A DNA stretch of 64,000 bases from positions 1,056,001 to 1,120,000 of the forward strand of contig OZ245046.1 in assembly GCA_965224245.1 (NCBI GenBank). Reading direction: 5' to 3'. Positions within the stretch are counted from its first letter, which is position 1. Every line of letters starts with the position of its first letter. The notes beneath the pieces were generated by a model that saw only the letters and a program-made list of their open reading frames with translations, was not told where the DNA came from and searched no databases. Shown here one piece after another: positions 1 to 9,946 of this stretch. Position numbers and translations under genes: made by a program. The DNA is from Candidatus Eiseniibacteriota bacterium. Its GTDB lineage: Bacteria; Eisenbacteria; RBG-16-71-46; CAZAMP01.

Positions 1-1
1 C

Positions 2-103
2 GCTCTCGATGCTCGCATTGCCGACTTCGGGGTCGGCATGTACTTCGTTCGACTCCGGACGGCGCACTCCACGTCGTTCTCCAGGCTCATCATCTCCCGG
101 TAG
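2..103 (+). CDS. 3' end of a secreted protein with FlgD-Ig/T9SS-like C-terminal domain (partial, runs off window)
   Basis: Frame 2 reads ALDARIADFGVGMYFVRLRTAHSTSFSRLIISR*; 'GMYFVRL...RLII' matches the tails of other secreted proteins here (e.g. GIYFVRI, GVYFARL). Confidence 0.65.
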   Translation, partial: ALDARIADFGVGMYFVRLRTAHSTSFSRLIISR

Positions 104-309
104 CGCCCCTCCACATGACCGGCGGCCGTGGCTCCGCGGCCGCCGGTCGCCGCCCATCGGCCCGTCGCCGCGGCCACCGTTCGGCGGCGGTCCCCGCTCG
201 TGCTAATCTGATGTCCTTCCAGTCGTTGCACCGGTACTCGACGCACGATCGAGTGCCGGGCAGGTGACAGGAGCGGCGATCGTGCGACGACGCCGATCCC
301 GCTGGAGGA

Positions 310-2025
310 GTGCGTGTGAAACGGTGGCCTCGCGCGGCCGGTTGCCTGGCTGCGCTCGCGATCGGCTCGCACCTGACCGGGTGTCAGGCCGATCGAACCG
401 AGCAGGCGTCGCGTCCGCGGCAGCTCTCGGTGCCCCTGGATCGCGACGTGCGCACGCTGGATCCCGGAAGCCCGTATGCCGCGGAGATCGTGACGTTCGA
501 CGTCCTGCGTCAGCTCTACGAGCCACTGGTGGAGCACGACCCCACCACGCTCGAGATCATGCCCCGCGTCGCGCGATCGTGGTCGACCACCGAGGACGGT
601 CTGCACTGGCGGTTCGAGCTACACCCGGATGCGCGCTTCGTCGACGACGCGTGCTTCTCCGGGGGACGTGGGCGCCGGATGAGGGCAGCTGACGTCAAGT
701 ACTCCATCGAGCGAAGCATCCGCCTCGCCGTCACGGAGGACTTGGCGCCGGAGGTTCCCCCGATTGCCGGGCTCGCTGCGTTCCGGAGCGGCTCCGCTCC
801 GGGGATCTCCGGCATCGCGGTCATCGAGCCCGAAGCGATCGCCATCGATCTGGTCGAGCCTCATCCCGCGCTCCTGCACTTCCTGGCCCGGCCGTCGTGC
901 TTCGTGGTGCCCCGCGAGGCGATCGACGCATACGGCGAGGGGATCGCGCGCCACCCGGTGGGATCGGGCCCGTTTCGACTCGTGGCGTGGGACCCGGTGA
1001 CGGGCGTCCTGCTCGCCCGTAACGATGGATACTGGCGGGTGGACGACGACGGTCACCGGCTTCCCTATCTCGACGCGCTTCGGTTCGTTCCGAGGGTGGG
1101 GACGAAACGCGCATATCGGCACTTCGCGCAGGGACAGCTCGATTGCCTGGCCAGCTATGCCGACGATCTCAGTCGCGACATCGCCGGCTCCGGAGACGGC
1201 ACGACGGCGAGCGCGCGCCGCTACGTGGTCCCGTGGCTGAACACGATCTTCGCACGCTTCGACCTCCGCTCCACGAACCCCCTGGTGGCCGACCCGAGGC
1301 TGCGCCAGGCGTTGATCCACGCGGTGCGGCGAACGGACACCAGCATCCACGTGCCGGCGCGTGGACTGCTTCCGCCGAAGCTCTCGCAGCTGTTCCCCGA
1401 TTCGCTGCGGAACCTCGATCGCCGGCGATCCCGCCTGCGCACGGTGAGCCCCGCACCCGGCCAGCATTCGGACGTGAACGCCGCACGACGCGCGCTCCGC
1501 GACGCCGGGTACCCCGACGGCGCGGGTCTGCCACCGCTGAGGCTCCTGTGGCAGATCGGAGACGGCGGGCGCGGCACCCGTCTGGTCAGCCAGCTCAACG
1601 CCATCGGGGTGGAGGTCGAGGTCCTCGTCGAGGACGACCCCCGCGCGTTCAGCGAGCTCGTCACCCAGGGCGGCTGCGATCTGTTCCGGGACGGCTGGGT
1701 CGCCGACTACCCGGATCCCGAGAACTTCCTCGCGCTGTTCTGTTCGGAGACCACGTCCTATCCCGGTACCTACGAGAGCGCTCGCTACGACAGTCTGTTC
1801 TGGGCGCTTCGGCGTACACCGGAACGATCCGAGCGTCGCCGCATCACGCTGGAACTGGAACAAACATTGCTTAAAGATCAGGTTGCGATCTTCCTCTACC
1901 ACGAGGCACAGGCCCAGCTGGTGGCGCCTCACGTGGCGAACTGGGAGCAGAACTGCACGAGCCCGCTGAACGTGCACCACTACGAGCGTGTCGCGTTCCA
2001 CGAGGCGGGACGGGAGGACCGGTGA
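310..2025 (+). CDS. ABC-type peptide/nickel solute-binding lipoprotein (family 5, OppA/DppA-like)
   Basis: Lipobox LTGC; motifs TLDP, LYEPLV, A.DVKYSIER, HPVGSGPFRL, GWVADYPDPENFL. Confidence 0.9.
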   Translation: MRVKRWPRAAGCLAALAIGSHLTGCQADRTEQASRPRQLSVPLDRDVRTLDPGSPYAAEIVTFDVLRQLYEPLVEHDPTTLEIMPRVARSWSTTEDGLHWRFELHPDARFVDDACFSGGRGRRMRAADVKYSIERSIRLAVTEDLAPEVPPIAGLAAFRSGSAPGISGIAVIEPEAIAIDLVEPHPALLHFLARPSCFVVPREAIDAYGEGIARHPVGSGPFRLVAWDPVTGVLLARNDGYWRVDDDGHRLPYLDALRFVPRVGTKRAYRHFAQGQLDCLASYADDLSRDIAGSGDGTTASARRYVVPWLNTIFARFDLRSTNPLVADPRLRQALIHAVRRTDTSIHVPARGLLPPKLSQLFPDSLRNLDRRRSRLRTVSPAPGQHSDVNAARRALRDAGYPDGAGLPPLRLLWQIGDGGRGTRLVSQLNAIGVEVEVLVEDDPRAFSELVTQGGCDLFRDGWVADYPDPENFLALFCSETTSYPGTYESARYDSLFWALRRTPERSERRRITLELEQTLLKDQVAIFLYHEAQAQLVAPHVANWEQNCTSPLNVHHYERVAFHEAGREDR

Positions 2026-3872
2026 CGATCCGGCGACGACTCCTGGGGACGTTCCTCCTCGTCGGGCTCTTGCCCGGTGCGGTGGTGACCGCCATCGTGT
2101 CGTCGGGCGCGCACCGGATGGCGCGCTCGCAGGGCGAGCAGGACGTTCGTGAAGCGGTGGAGACGTTCTCCACGCTGGTGCGCGCCGAGCTGGTCGCCGC
2201 GAGGAGCGAGCTCCTGTGGGCGGCCCACATGTCGGAGCTCCAGGAAGAGCGGCGTCCCGAGCGCGGATCCGGACAGCTGGCGTCCGCCTACGTCCTGGAT
2301 CAGATCGGTGCCGACGTGTTCGCAGCGGAGACCGAAGGCATCGACGCCCTCCTGGAGCCGACACGGCTCGTCCTGCTCGACCGGGGCCGCGGCGTCGCCT
2401 ACACGCACACACGCACCTGGTGGCGGCGTGTGCCGTGGGATCCGCTTCCGGTACCCATCGACGAGCTGCCGCCGCGGTATGCGACGTGGCTTCGTGGTCC
2501 CGACCAGTTCACCGACGACAGTCGGATCTTCGTGGAGCACCGGTCCACCGGCGCGCTTCTGGGAGTCGCGGTCGCGGTCACCGTGGGCGATGGTCTGAGC
2601 CGGGTCGTCATCGCCGAGTACCCGTTGCTCCCGTTCCTGCAGGCATCATTGCGTCGTGCCCACCGTGAGCGGCTCGAGCGTGCGTTCGTGGCGGCGTACG
2701 ACGCCGACTCGGATCGCACCATCTATCTCGTCCATCCCGACCCCGGGCGGATCGGGCGGCCGGTGGCGGGCGATCCGACGTGGGAGCGGCTCGGCCGGCG
2801 CCGGATCGAGGCGAGCGGGATGCGTGATTCCACAGACGTGCGGCGAGACCACTGGCAGACCGCTCACGCCGGGGACGTATTCCTCGCTGCACATGTCGAC
2901 TCCGTGACGGGCTGGGTCTTCGGGAGCGAAAGCTCGCTCGCATCGGTTCTCGCGCCCGTTCGCCGCAACATCCTGCACTCCGTCACGTTTTTCCTGCTCA
3001 TCAGCGGCGTCGTGGTGCTCGCGATCCTGCGCGCCACACGCGGAATCAGCCAGGCAGTGGAGACGATCGCGCACCGAACCCTGGCGATCGCTCGAGGGGA
3101 TCTCGGCACGCCGCTTCGTCTGCAACGATCCGACGAGTTCGGTGACATCGCCGATCACATCAACCGCATGGCAGACGATCTCCTGATGACCAGCGAGTCG
3201 CGAGCGATCGCCACCGTGCACGCCCGGCTCATGCACGAGCTGAAGGGTGTGGTGCACCAGATGCAGCTCCTGCTGTACAACGCTCGCGAGAACGAGGACG
3301 ACCCGGAGTTCCGGACCGAGTTCTTCGAGCTGATGGAGAGCATGATCGCCGACATCGAGGCGGTCGTCCTCCAGCTGCGTCGATCTAACCCGAGCGCGCC
3401 GGTGAGCTGGCAGGCAGTCGACGTCGACCGGATGATCACCGACATCGTGGAGTCGCCGCTGGTCGCGCTGCGCACCGACGTCGAGGTGACGCTGTCGCTT
3501 CACGGCGGCGTGGCCGAGATCGACCCCGGCTTCCTGACTGACGCCCTGGAGAACATCATCTCGAATGCACTCGACGCAATGGAGAACGGAGGGGTCCTCC
3601 GGATCTCGACCGGTCGGCGCGACGACGAGGAACCGGGGCCCACGCACGTGATCGAGATCGAGGATACGGGCATCGGCATGACGCGGGAGTTCGTCGATCA
3701 ACAGCTCTTCCGGCCGTTCGCGACCACCAAGGAGTGCGGAACGGGGCTCGGCATGTACGCCGCGAAACGCCTCGTCGATCGGATCGAAGGCTCGCTCACC
3801 GTCCGCAGCGAGCGCGGGCGCGGCACATGCGTCACACTCGCCGTCGGCCGATGCCTGGAGGCCGTCTCATGA
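2022..3872 (+). CDS. Membrane sensor histidine kinase (periplasmic sensor, HAMP, HisKA-like, HATPase); PrsK-like kinase core
   Basis: Two TM segments; HAMP (DEFGDIADHINRM); H-box LMHELKG; N-box NIISNALDA; DTGIGM; LFRPFATTK; GTGLG. GTGA overlap with the upstream gene. Confidence 0.9.
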   Translation: MTIRRRLLGTFLLVGLLPGAVVTAIVSSGAHRMARSQGEQDVREAVETFSTLVRAELVAARSELLWAAHMSELQEERRPERGSGQLASAYVLDQIGADVFAAETEGIDALLEPTRLVLLDRGRGVAYTHTRTWWRRVPWDPLPVPIDELPPRYATWLRGPDQFTDDSRIFVEHRSTGALLGVAVAVTVGDGLSRVVIAEYPLLPFLQASLRRAHRERLERAFVAAYDADSDRTIYLVHPDPGRIGRPVAGDPTWERLGRRRIEASGMRDSTDVRRDHWQTAHAGDVFLAAHVDSVTGWVFGSESSLASVLAPVRRNILHSVTFFLLISGVVVLAILRATRGISQAVETIAHRTLAIARGDLGTPLRLQRSDEFGDIADHINRMADDLLMTSESRAIATVHARLMHELKGVVHQMQLLLYNARENEDDPEFRTEFFELMESMIADIEAVVLQLRRSNPSAPVSWQAVDVDRMITDIVESPLVALRTDVEVTLSLHGGVAEIDPGFLTDALENIISNALDAMENGGVLRISTGRRDDEEPGPTHVIEIEDTGIGMTREFVDQQLFRPFATTKECGTGLGMYAAKRLVDRIEGSLTVRSERGRGTCVTLAVGRCLEAVS

Positions 3873-5254
3873 CGACGATCCTCGTCGTGGATGATCAGCG
3901 CGCGGCAAGACGGCTTCTCTACCACGCGCTGAAGGGCGAGTACCGGATCCTCGAGGCCGGGGATGGCTCGGCTGCACTGGACGCGCTGGAGAGCGAGAGC
4001 GTCGATCTCGTGCTGCTCGACATGCATCTTCCACCGGCAACCGACACCGCGCGCGAGGGCGTCCGAACGCAACGCACGATTGCCGAGCGCCATCCGGCGC
4101 TGCCGGTGATCGTCGTTACCAGCGACCACGAGCGTGATCTGGCGCTGGAGATGATCGAGAACGGCGTCGCGGATTTTCTTCTCAAGCCCGTGGACCCCGT
4201 GGTGCTCAAGATCGTGGTCAAGCGATCCCTCGAACGTTCACAGCTGCTGCGGGAGGTCGACGAGCTGCGCCGAGAGGTTCGCGAGCGCCATTCATTCGGC
4301 AGTCTCCTTGGCTGGAGTCCGGCCATGCAGGACTGCTTCGCGCGACTGGAGAAGCTCGCGCAGGTGCCCACGTCGCTGCTTCTCACCGGCGAGAGCGGTA
4401 CCGGGAAGAGCGCCGTGGCGCAGGCGCTCCATCACTCCGGTCCACGAGCGGACGGGCCGTTCGTGGTCGTGGATCCCGCCGCGATCCCCGAGACGCTGAT
4501 GGAGAGCGAGCTCTTCGGTCACGCCAAGGGATCGTTCACCGGCGCCGCCCGCGATGAGCCGGGCAGCATCCGCACGGCCGATGGGGGGACGCTCTTTCTC
4601 GACGAGATCGGCAACCTGAGCCTCGCCGTACAGGCGAAGCTGCTGCTGTTTCTCGACCGGCGCGTGCTGTCGCCCGTGGGATCCCGTCAGGAGATCGAGG
4701 TCGACGTTCGACTCGTGACGGCCACGAACGCGGATCTGGATGCGATGGTCCGCGACGGAACGTTTCGGGCCGATCTGCTCTACCGGCTTCAGGTCGCGAC
4801 CGTACGTCTGCCACCACTGCGGGACCGTACGGGCGACATTCGACCCCTGGCCGAGCACTTCGTCGCGGACATCTGCCGCTCACTGGGTCGCGCTGTGCCC
4901 GAGGTGTCCCCGGATGCGATGGCGCTCCTGACCTCGTACGCCTGGCCTGGCAACGTTCGGCAGCTACGGCACGTGCTGGAGAGCTCCCTCGTGCTGCTCG
5001 ACGGGGATCGGCTCGACGCGGCGGACCTGTCGCTTCCCACGGCGCCGGCCTCGGGAGCGAACGCCACCGATCCGGAGATGACGCGGGATGGGGAGGAAGT
5101 CGTCACCTTCAAGGGGCAGGTTACAAGATACGAATCGGCGCTCGTCGCCGATGCGCTGGCGTCCACCGGGGGTAACAAGGCGGCCGCCGGGCGCCTCCTG
5201 GGACTCGATGAGAACCAGATACGTTACCTGTGTCGCAAGCACGGTCTCGGGTGA
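3869..5254 (+). CDS. Sigma54-dependent response regulator (REC, AAA+, Fis-HTH), NtrC/PrsR-like
   Basis: ATG at 3869 overlaps the kinase stop (ATGA); ILVVDD, LLDMHLP, Walker A GESGTGKS, ESELFGH..GSFTGA, LFLDEI, WPGNVRQL, GNKAAAGRLLG. Confidence 0.93.
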   Translation: MTTILVVDDQRAARRLLYHALKGEYRILEAGDGSAALDALESESVDLVLLDMHLPPATDTAREGVRTQRTIAERHPALPVIVVTSDHERDLALEMIENGVADFLLKPVDPVVLKIVVKRSLERSQLLREVDELRREVRERHSFGSLLGWSPAMQDCFARLEKLAQVPTSLLLTGESGTGKSAVAQALHHSGPRADGPFVVVDPAAIPETLMESELFGHAKGSFTGAARDEPGSIRTADGGTLFLDEIGNLSLAVQAKLLLFLDRRVLSPVGSRQEIEVDVRLVTATNADLDAMVRDGTFRADLLYRLQVATVRLPPLRDRTGDIRPLAEHFVADICRSLGRAVPEVSPDAMALLTSYAWPGNVRQLRHVLESSLVLLDGDRLDAADLSLPTAPASGANATDPEMTRDGEEVVTFKGQVTRYESALVADALASTGGNKAAAGRLLGLDENQIRYLCRKHGLG

Positions 5255-6041
5255 GCTCGGCGATCGAGCGCCCGCTCCCGGCTTCGACGCCCCGATGAGA
5301 TGATTGCCGATGACCCCGAGGCATGACCGTCATCGGGCCAGCAGCGCGCCCGCGACCTGGCCGCGACCCGTTGCGTGCAATCAACGAAGTACGTGCCGAT
5401 ACTGTCTTGCTCGCCTGTCTCGATGTCCTCACGACGTCGATCGTGGCTCCGGACCGCGGTTGCATGTTTGCAACGCAGCCTCCATCGTGACATCCACGGA
5501 AAATGAAGTGAATGCATCATGGCGTCGTCGGCGCGGCGCCGCCCACAGTATTCATGGTGGCGCGGATACCGGGCCGACGTGCGACGCCGTCTCGGCGATC
5601 GGACGCAGGGGACGCCCGACACAAGTCCGCCTTCTTGTTGCTCGACATCGCGTGAAGACCACCAAAGGGTGCACATCTTGCGGCGTGCGTCCGGACGGGG
5701 TTCGTGCCGACTCGTGGCAACCTTGCTCGCCGTGTCCGTGAGCGCGTGCACCGACTCCCCGAGCCCGCCCGAGGACGAATGTCTCCGATCGCACCCAGGC
5801 CGGCGTCGCATCACCCGGCGCCGACATCCGTGCCGTTCCGCGGGAGACCGCCCGAGCCTCTCGACGTGGGGAAACGTGCGGCCCACTCGAGACGCGCCCC
5901 GGGGTCGGCGCTTCGGGATTCCCCTACAGCAGGGCCAGTAGTGCCCGACCTACGATTGATGGCACTGGTGTAAGTACGTCCAGCGAGCGCGCGTGACCGG
6001 AAGTAGTCGCGGTGGCGAACGGGTGATCGTCCACGGCACGA

Positions 6042-6668
6042 TCATCGCGTCGCACGTGCGTCGTCGATCGAGGTCGCTGGCGAGTCCGAGTCGATGTCAC
6101 CCTTCAGAAAGACCGCCCAGCCATGAACGACGCCGGTGTTTCCGGGCGCCTCGTCGGTCACGACGAGGTGGAAGTCGCCACCTCGCGCGAGGCCGACGAA
6201 CGACTCGAGCACCGGAGCCTCGGCCGACGTCCCGGCCTCGACGCCGTCCCGAAAGAAGAGACGTCCGTCGAGCACGACCGGGTAGGCGTGGAGTGCCTCG
6301 CCGTCGCACGCGTTCAGCCGGGCCATGAAGACCGCGAGTGGGGCGCGCACGTCCGGACGGCCGTCACCGTCCGCGTCGTAGAGAAGGGTGATCTCGACGT
6401 CGCCGACGTACCCGTGGGAGATGTCGACGGCGACCATCAGCGGCTCGATCTTCTGCCCGTCGTCCGGAATGTGAATGGGACCGACGGCCGCCCCGGAGGG
6501 GTCGTCGTCGGGGATCGCGGTCTCGGCTCGATCACTGTAGCCCTCGTACACCCCATCGTGGCAACGGATCGCGGTGTCCGGAGCGTGGCCCCTGGGCTTC
6601 GGACCTTGCGTGATCGTGCATCCCGCCATCAGCGCGGCACCGACCGCGATCAGCGTCGTGGTCATCAT
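6042..6668 (-). CDS. Lipoprotein with proprotein-convertase P-domain-like fold
   Basis: Lipobox LMAGC; IPDDDPSG, VDISHGYVGDVEITL, GDFHLVVTD..GNTGVVHGW. Paralog of 57916-58605. Confidence 0.7.
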   Translation of the reverse strand: MMTTTLIAVGAALMAGCTITQGPKPRGHAPDTAIRCHDGVYEGYSDRAETAIPDDDPSGAAVGPIHIPDDGQKIEPLMVAVDISHGYVGDVEITLLYDADGDGRPDVRAPLAVFMARLNACDGEALHAYPVVLDGRLFFRDGVEAGTSAEAPVLESFVGLARGGDFHLVVTDEAPGNTGVVHGWAVFLKGDIDSDSPATSIDDARATR

Positions 6669-6859
6669 GATCCCTCCTCGTGCGCCCGGGAGATCCGGGT
6701 CGACCGGTCCGATGTCGTCTTCATCGGATCATGCGCATTCCGGGGCGGAAGTGTCGGATGGCGATCCGGATCAACCGCCGTTCGCAACCGGTCCTCGTAT
6801 CCCGGAGGGCCGCGAGGGTCGATCGAGTCCCGGCGCTGGACGTGGCACGGGTGCGATAC

Positions 6860-7444
6860 ATGAGTGAGGCGCGACCGGCGGAGATCACCCAGATCCTCCA
6901 GAGCCTCCACTCCGATCCCGGCGGCCGGTGCACCGGGTCGGATCGCCTGTTCGAACGGGTCTACTCCGAGCTGCGCGAGCTCGCGTCGGGGCTGATGCGC
7001 CGCGAGCGGAAGGACCACACGCTCCAGTCGACGGCGCTGGTGCACGAGGCGTACGTCAGGCTGCTGGAGGGTCGTGAGCTGGACTGGCAGAGCCGGGCGC
7101 ACTTCTTCGGGAGCGCGGCCCGAGCCATGCGCCGGATCCTCGTCGAACATGCTCGCCGTCGTGCGTCGGACAAGCGGGGCGGCGCCTGGCGGCGAGTCAC
7201 GCTGGACGAGAATCTGGGACTGGAGGCGGTGTCCGCCAGCGAGCTGATCGAGCTCGACGACGTACTGAGCCGTCTCGGCCAGCTGGACGAGCGCATGGCT
7301 CGCATCGTCGAGCTCCGGGTGTTCGCGGGGATGACCGGCGAGGAGATCGGCCACGTACTCGGACTGTCGCGGCAGACCGTGCAGGAGGAGTGGAAGGTGG
7401 CGAAGATGTGGCTCCGTCACAAGCTGGCCGGAGACTCGCCATGA
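6860..7444 (+). CDS. ECF sigma factor of the Ser/Thr-kinase-associated type (TIGR02999/ECF43-like)
   Basis: EITQIL, VYSELRELA, HTLQSTALVHEAYVRL, WQSRAHFF, KRGG, IVELRVFAG, WKVAKMWL. ATG at 6860. Confidence 0.9.
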   Translation: MSEARPAEITQILQSLHSDPGGRCTGSDRLFERVYSELRELASGLMRRERKDHTLQSTALVHEAYVRLLEGRELDWQSRAHFFGSAARAMRRILVEHARRRASDKRGGAWRRVTLDENLGLEAVSASELIELDDVLSRLGQLDERMARIVELRVFAGMTGEEIGHVLGLSRQTVQEEWKVAKMWLRHKLAGDSP

Positions 7445-7662
7445 ATCCGGAACGCTTCCGGCGGCTGAAGGCGCTCCTCGTGGCCGCAAGCACGCTCCCG
7501 CTCGACGAACGCGACGCGTACCTCGCCACGGCCCGTGGCGACGATCCGGAGCTTCGCGCCGAGGCGGAGAGGATCCTCGCTCACGCGAAGGATCGCGATG
7601 GGATCCTGCGGACCGGCGAACGTGGTCCAGCCCTGATGCGAGGTCGCGAGGCCGCCACGTGA
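7441..7662 (+). pseudogene. Stand-alone N-terminal 73 aa of an ECF-associated Ser/Thr kinase; no kinase domain
   Basis: ATGA overlap with the sigma stop; MNPERFRRLKALL...ERDAYL...DDPELRAEAERILAH...ILRTG aligns with the N-terminus of kinase 36843-39767 (MTSPRFQRIREIV...DADLRSEVLKLLAH...VLRTG). Confidence 0.7.
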
Positions 7663-7769
7663 TCGTCCGACGCTCGCCGCTGGCCGGTCCAACGGTAGGC
7701 AGGGTGCCGACCGGGCGCTACCGCAGCGCGTGGTAGGCTCCCGGTGCGCTGCGGGTCATACCTCACGCC

Positions 7770-8810
7770 GTGACCCTTCACGAACGCCCATCAACCCCGA
7801 CCCAGACCACGGAGGTGCTGGTGATCATCGCCGTTCTCTACGATCCAGCCTCGCGTCAGCTTCGCAAAGGCGGTCACGAGCTCGTCGACGAGTGGGATCG
7901 CAATCCGGACAGCCGGATCTGGGCGATCATCGAGAACGAGCCGCCGGAGGCCGAGAAGGCCCTTCTCGCGAGTCGCTTCGGCATTCACGAGCTCGCGATC
8001 ACCGATGCGCTCCGGACGCGGCACCCTCCGAAGATCGAGACGTTTGAAGGGAGCACGTTCATTCTCATGCGCGGTCTGGATGCGGAGACCGACTCGCTGG
8101 AGTTCGGCACGATCCAGCTCTCCCTGTTCGTCTCGGAGCGCTCCCTCGTCACGCGCAGCTCCGGCTACTCGGTGAGCTCCCATGCCATCCTGGAGGCGCT
8201 GATGTCGGGTGAGATACCGCCGGACATCTCGCGAGCCGGCCTCGCGTTGCGGCTCTGCCGGCGAGTCTCGGATCGGTTCCTGCCGATTCTCCTCGCCGTC
8301 GAGCGACGCCTGGAAGCGATGGAGAACGAGATGCTGGATCAGCCGACGGATGACCTTCTCGCGGAGCTCGTTCGTCAGAAGGGAAGTCTCAAGAGGATCC
8401 TCCGTGTCCTCCAGTATCACGCGCAGGCCTTCACGGCGGTCGGCACGCACGTGCCGCAACAGCTCGCCGGTCACCACCACGAGCTGACCGACGTCCAGGA
8501 GCAGCTCGATCGGCAGCTCAGTCTGGCTCGGCTCCACTACGAGCTCACCGATGATCTGATGCAGGGGTACCTGTCTCTGTCCGCACACCGGCTGAACCAG
8601 ATCATGCAGACGCTGACGATCGTCACGGTCGTCTTCGTTCCGATCACGTTCATGGCCGGGATCTACGGAATGAACTTCGAGTTCATGCCGGAGCTGAACT
8701 TCCGGCCGGCCTATTTCGTTCTCCTCGGCGCGATGGTGCTCGTGGTGACGTCGATCCTCGTGCTGTTTCATCGCCGAGGCTGGATCGGACGTCGCGTCAC
8801 TCGCGGGTAA
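7770..8810 (+). CDS. corA: CorA-family Mg2+/Co2+ transporter
   Basis: GIYGMNFEFMPEL signature, LNQIMQTLT, two C-terminal TM helices. Start may lie slightly downstream. Confidence 0.9.
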   Translation: MTLHERPSTPTQTTEVLVIIAVLYDPASRQLRKGGHELVDEWDRNPDSRIWAIIENEPPEAEKALLASRFGIHELAITDALRTRHPPKIETFEGSTFILMRGLDAETDSLEFGTIQLSLFVSERSLVTRSSGYSVSSHAILEALMSGEIPPDISRAGLALRLCRRVSDRFLPILLAVERRLEAMENEMLDQPTDDLLAELVRQKGSLKRILRVLQYHAQAFTAVGTHVPQQLAGHHHELTDVQEQLDRQLSLARLHYELTDDLMQGYLSLSAHRLNQIMQTLTIVTVVFVPITFMAGIYGMNFEFMPELNFRPAYFVLLGAMVLVVTSILVLFHRRGWIGRRVTRG

Positions 8811-9006
8811 CGCACGGACGAGCGACGCGAGCGGTGACAGGGATTCGCGAGCCATGAGTTCCGTGCCGGCTCGGCGGGCCCACGGGCGTCACACCGGGCA
8901 AGACACCTGTGTCCGGGACTGGAAGGTGGACAACTTCTACGTGGAGGTCGTGCCGGATGAACGGTGAGATCGCGACTCCCCGAGCGATGCGCCCCTCGCT
9001 GACCCG

Positions 9007-9912
9007 TCACTTCCGGGCGGGATGCGCCGCCGCGTACTGCTCGTCGAGCCGCGCGTACGTCGCGGCGAGTGCATCGATCTCCGCCTCGTGGTCGTGGAGG
9101 TTCGCGTCTCCCTCGAAGGCGGCCAGCGCCGCGGGATCGAGGAGCTCGACGAGGCGTACCCACTCCGCCCACGCGGGTAGCGCGTGGAGCGCGCCGGAGT
9201 AGAGCGCGTCGAAGCCATCGATGACGTAGAGGGCGGTGCGATCGATGCCGAGGTCTCCCGCGTCGTCCTCTGCGAACACGGCGAAGGGGACGATCATGTC
9301 CACGGAGCTGGGATCGAGACTGAAGCGCTCACCGAATCCGAAGCGAGACGCGAGCCACTTCTCCCGCCCAACGACGCCCAGGGATGGATCGGCGGGGAAC
9401 CACTCGCCCGTGGCGCCGTCCTGGATCTCGATCCACACGTGGTCGTTGTGACGCTTGCCGAAGACGGACATCCGGTAGCCGCTCTCGGCCACCTTCCTTC
9501 GCGCCGTCTGCCCGCGGCGCGCGCTCTCGACGTGGACGTTGATCTCTCGTACGCGGCGCATGCGGAGGCCCAGCTCGTCGAGCATGGCCGTGGCCACGCG
9601 GGCGAGCTCGGCGCAGTTGCCGCCCCGACGTTGGAGGATCTCGTCGACGGTCCGCTTCTGGTAGTCGGTGGCGGTCCAGTCGAAGTGTGTGGCGAACCAG
9701 GTCACGACGGCGTCGGCACGCTCGCGGTCGGTGCTCGCGCTCTCGGACACCTGTCTGGCGAAGGCGGCCCGGTCGTCGAGGGCGAGCGAATGGAGAGCGT
9801 CGATCTCGTGAGCGGCGCCGGTCGTGTGCGCGTCGTCTTCCGGCCGCTCGCTCGCCAGGCCGGAGTCGAGTGTCAGGAGACCGACCAGGGAGGCGATGAC
9901 CACTCGCTGCAT
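9007..9912 (-). CDS. Secreted transglutaminase-like (Cys-His-Asp) protein
   Basis: Signal peptide MQRVVIASLVGLLTL; GGNCAELA, HVWIE, WFPADPS. Confidence 0.75.
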   Translation of the reverse strand: MQRVVIASLVGLLTLDSGLASERPEDDAHTTGAAHEIDALHSLALDDRAAFARQVSESASTDRERADAVVTWFATHFDWTATDYQKRTVDEILQRRGGNCAELARVATAMLDELGLRMRRVREINVHVESARRGQTARRKVAESGYRMSVFGKRHNDHVWIEIQDGATGEWFPADPSLGVVGREKWLASRFGFGERFSLDPSSVDMIVPFAVFAEDDAGDLGIDRTALYVIDGFDALYSGALHALPAWAEWVRLVELLDPAALAAFEGDANLHDHEAEIDALAATYARLDEQYAAAHPARK

Positions 9913-9946
9913 CGAAACTGGCTCCTCGTTGGACGCGGTCGTCTCG

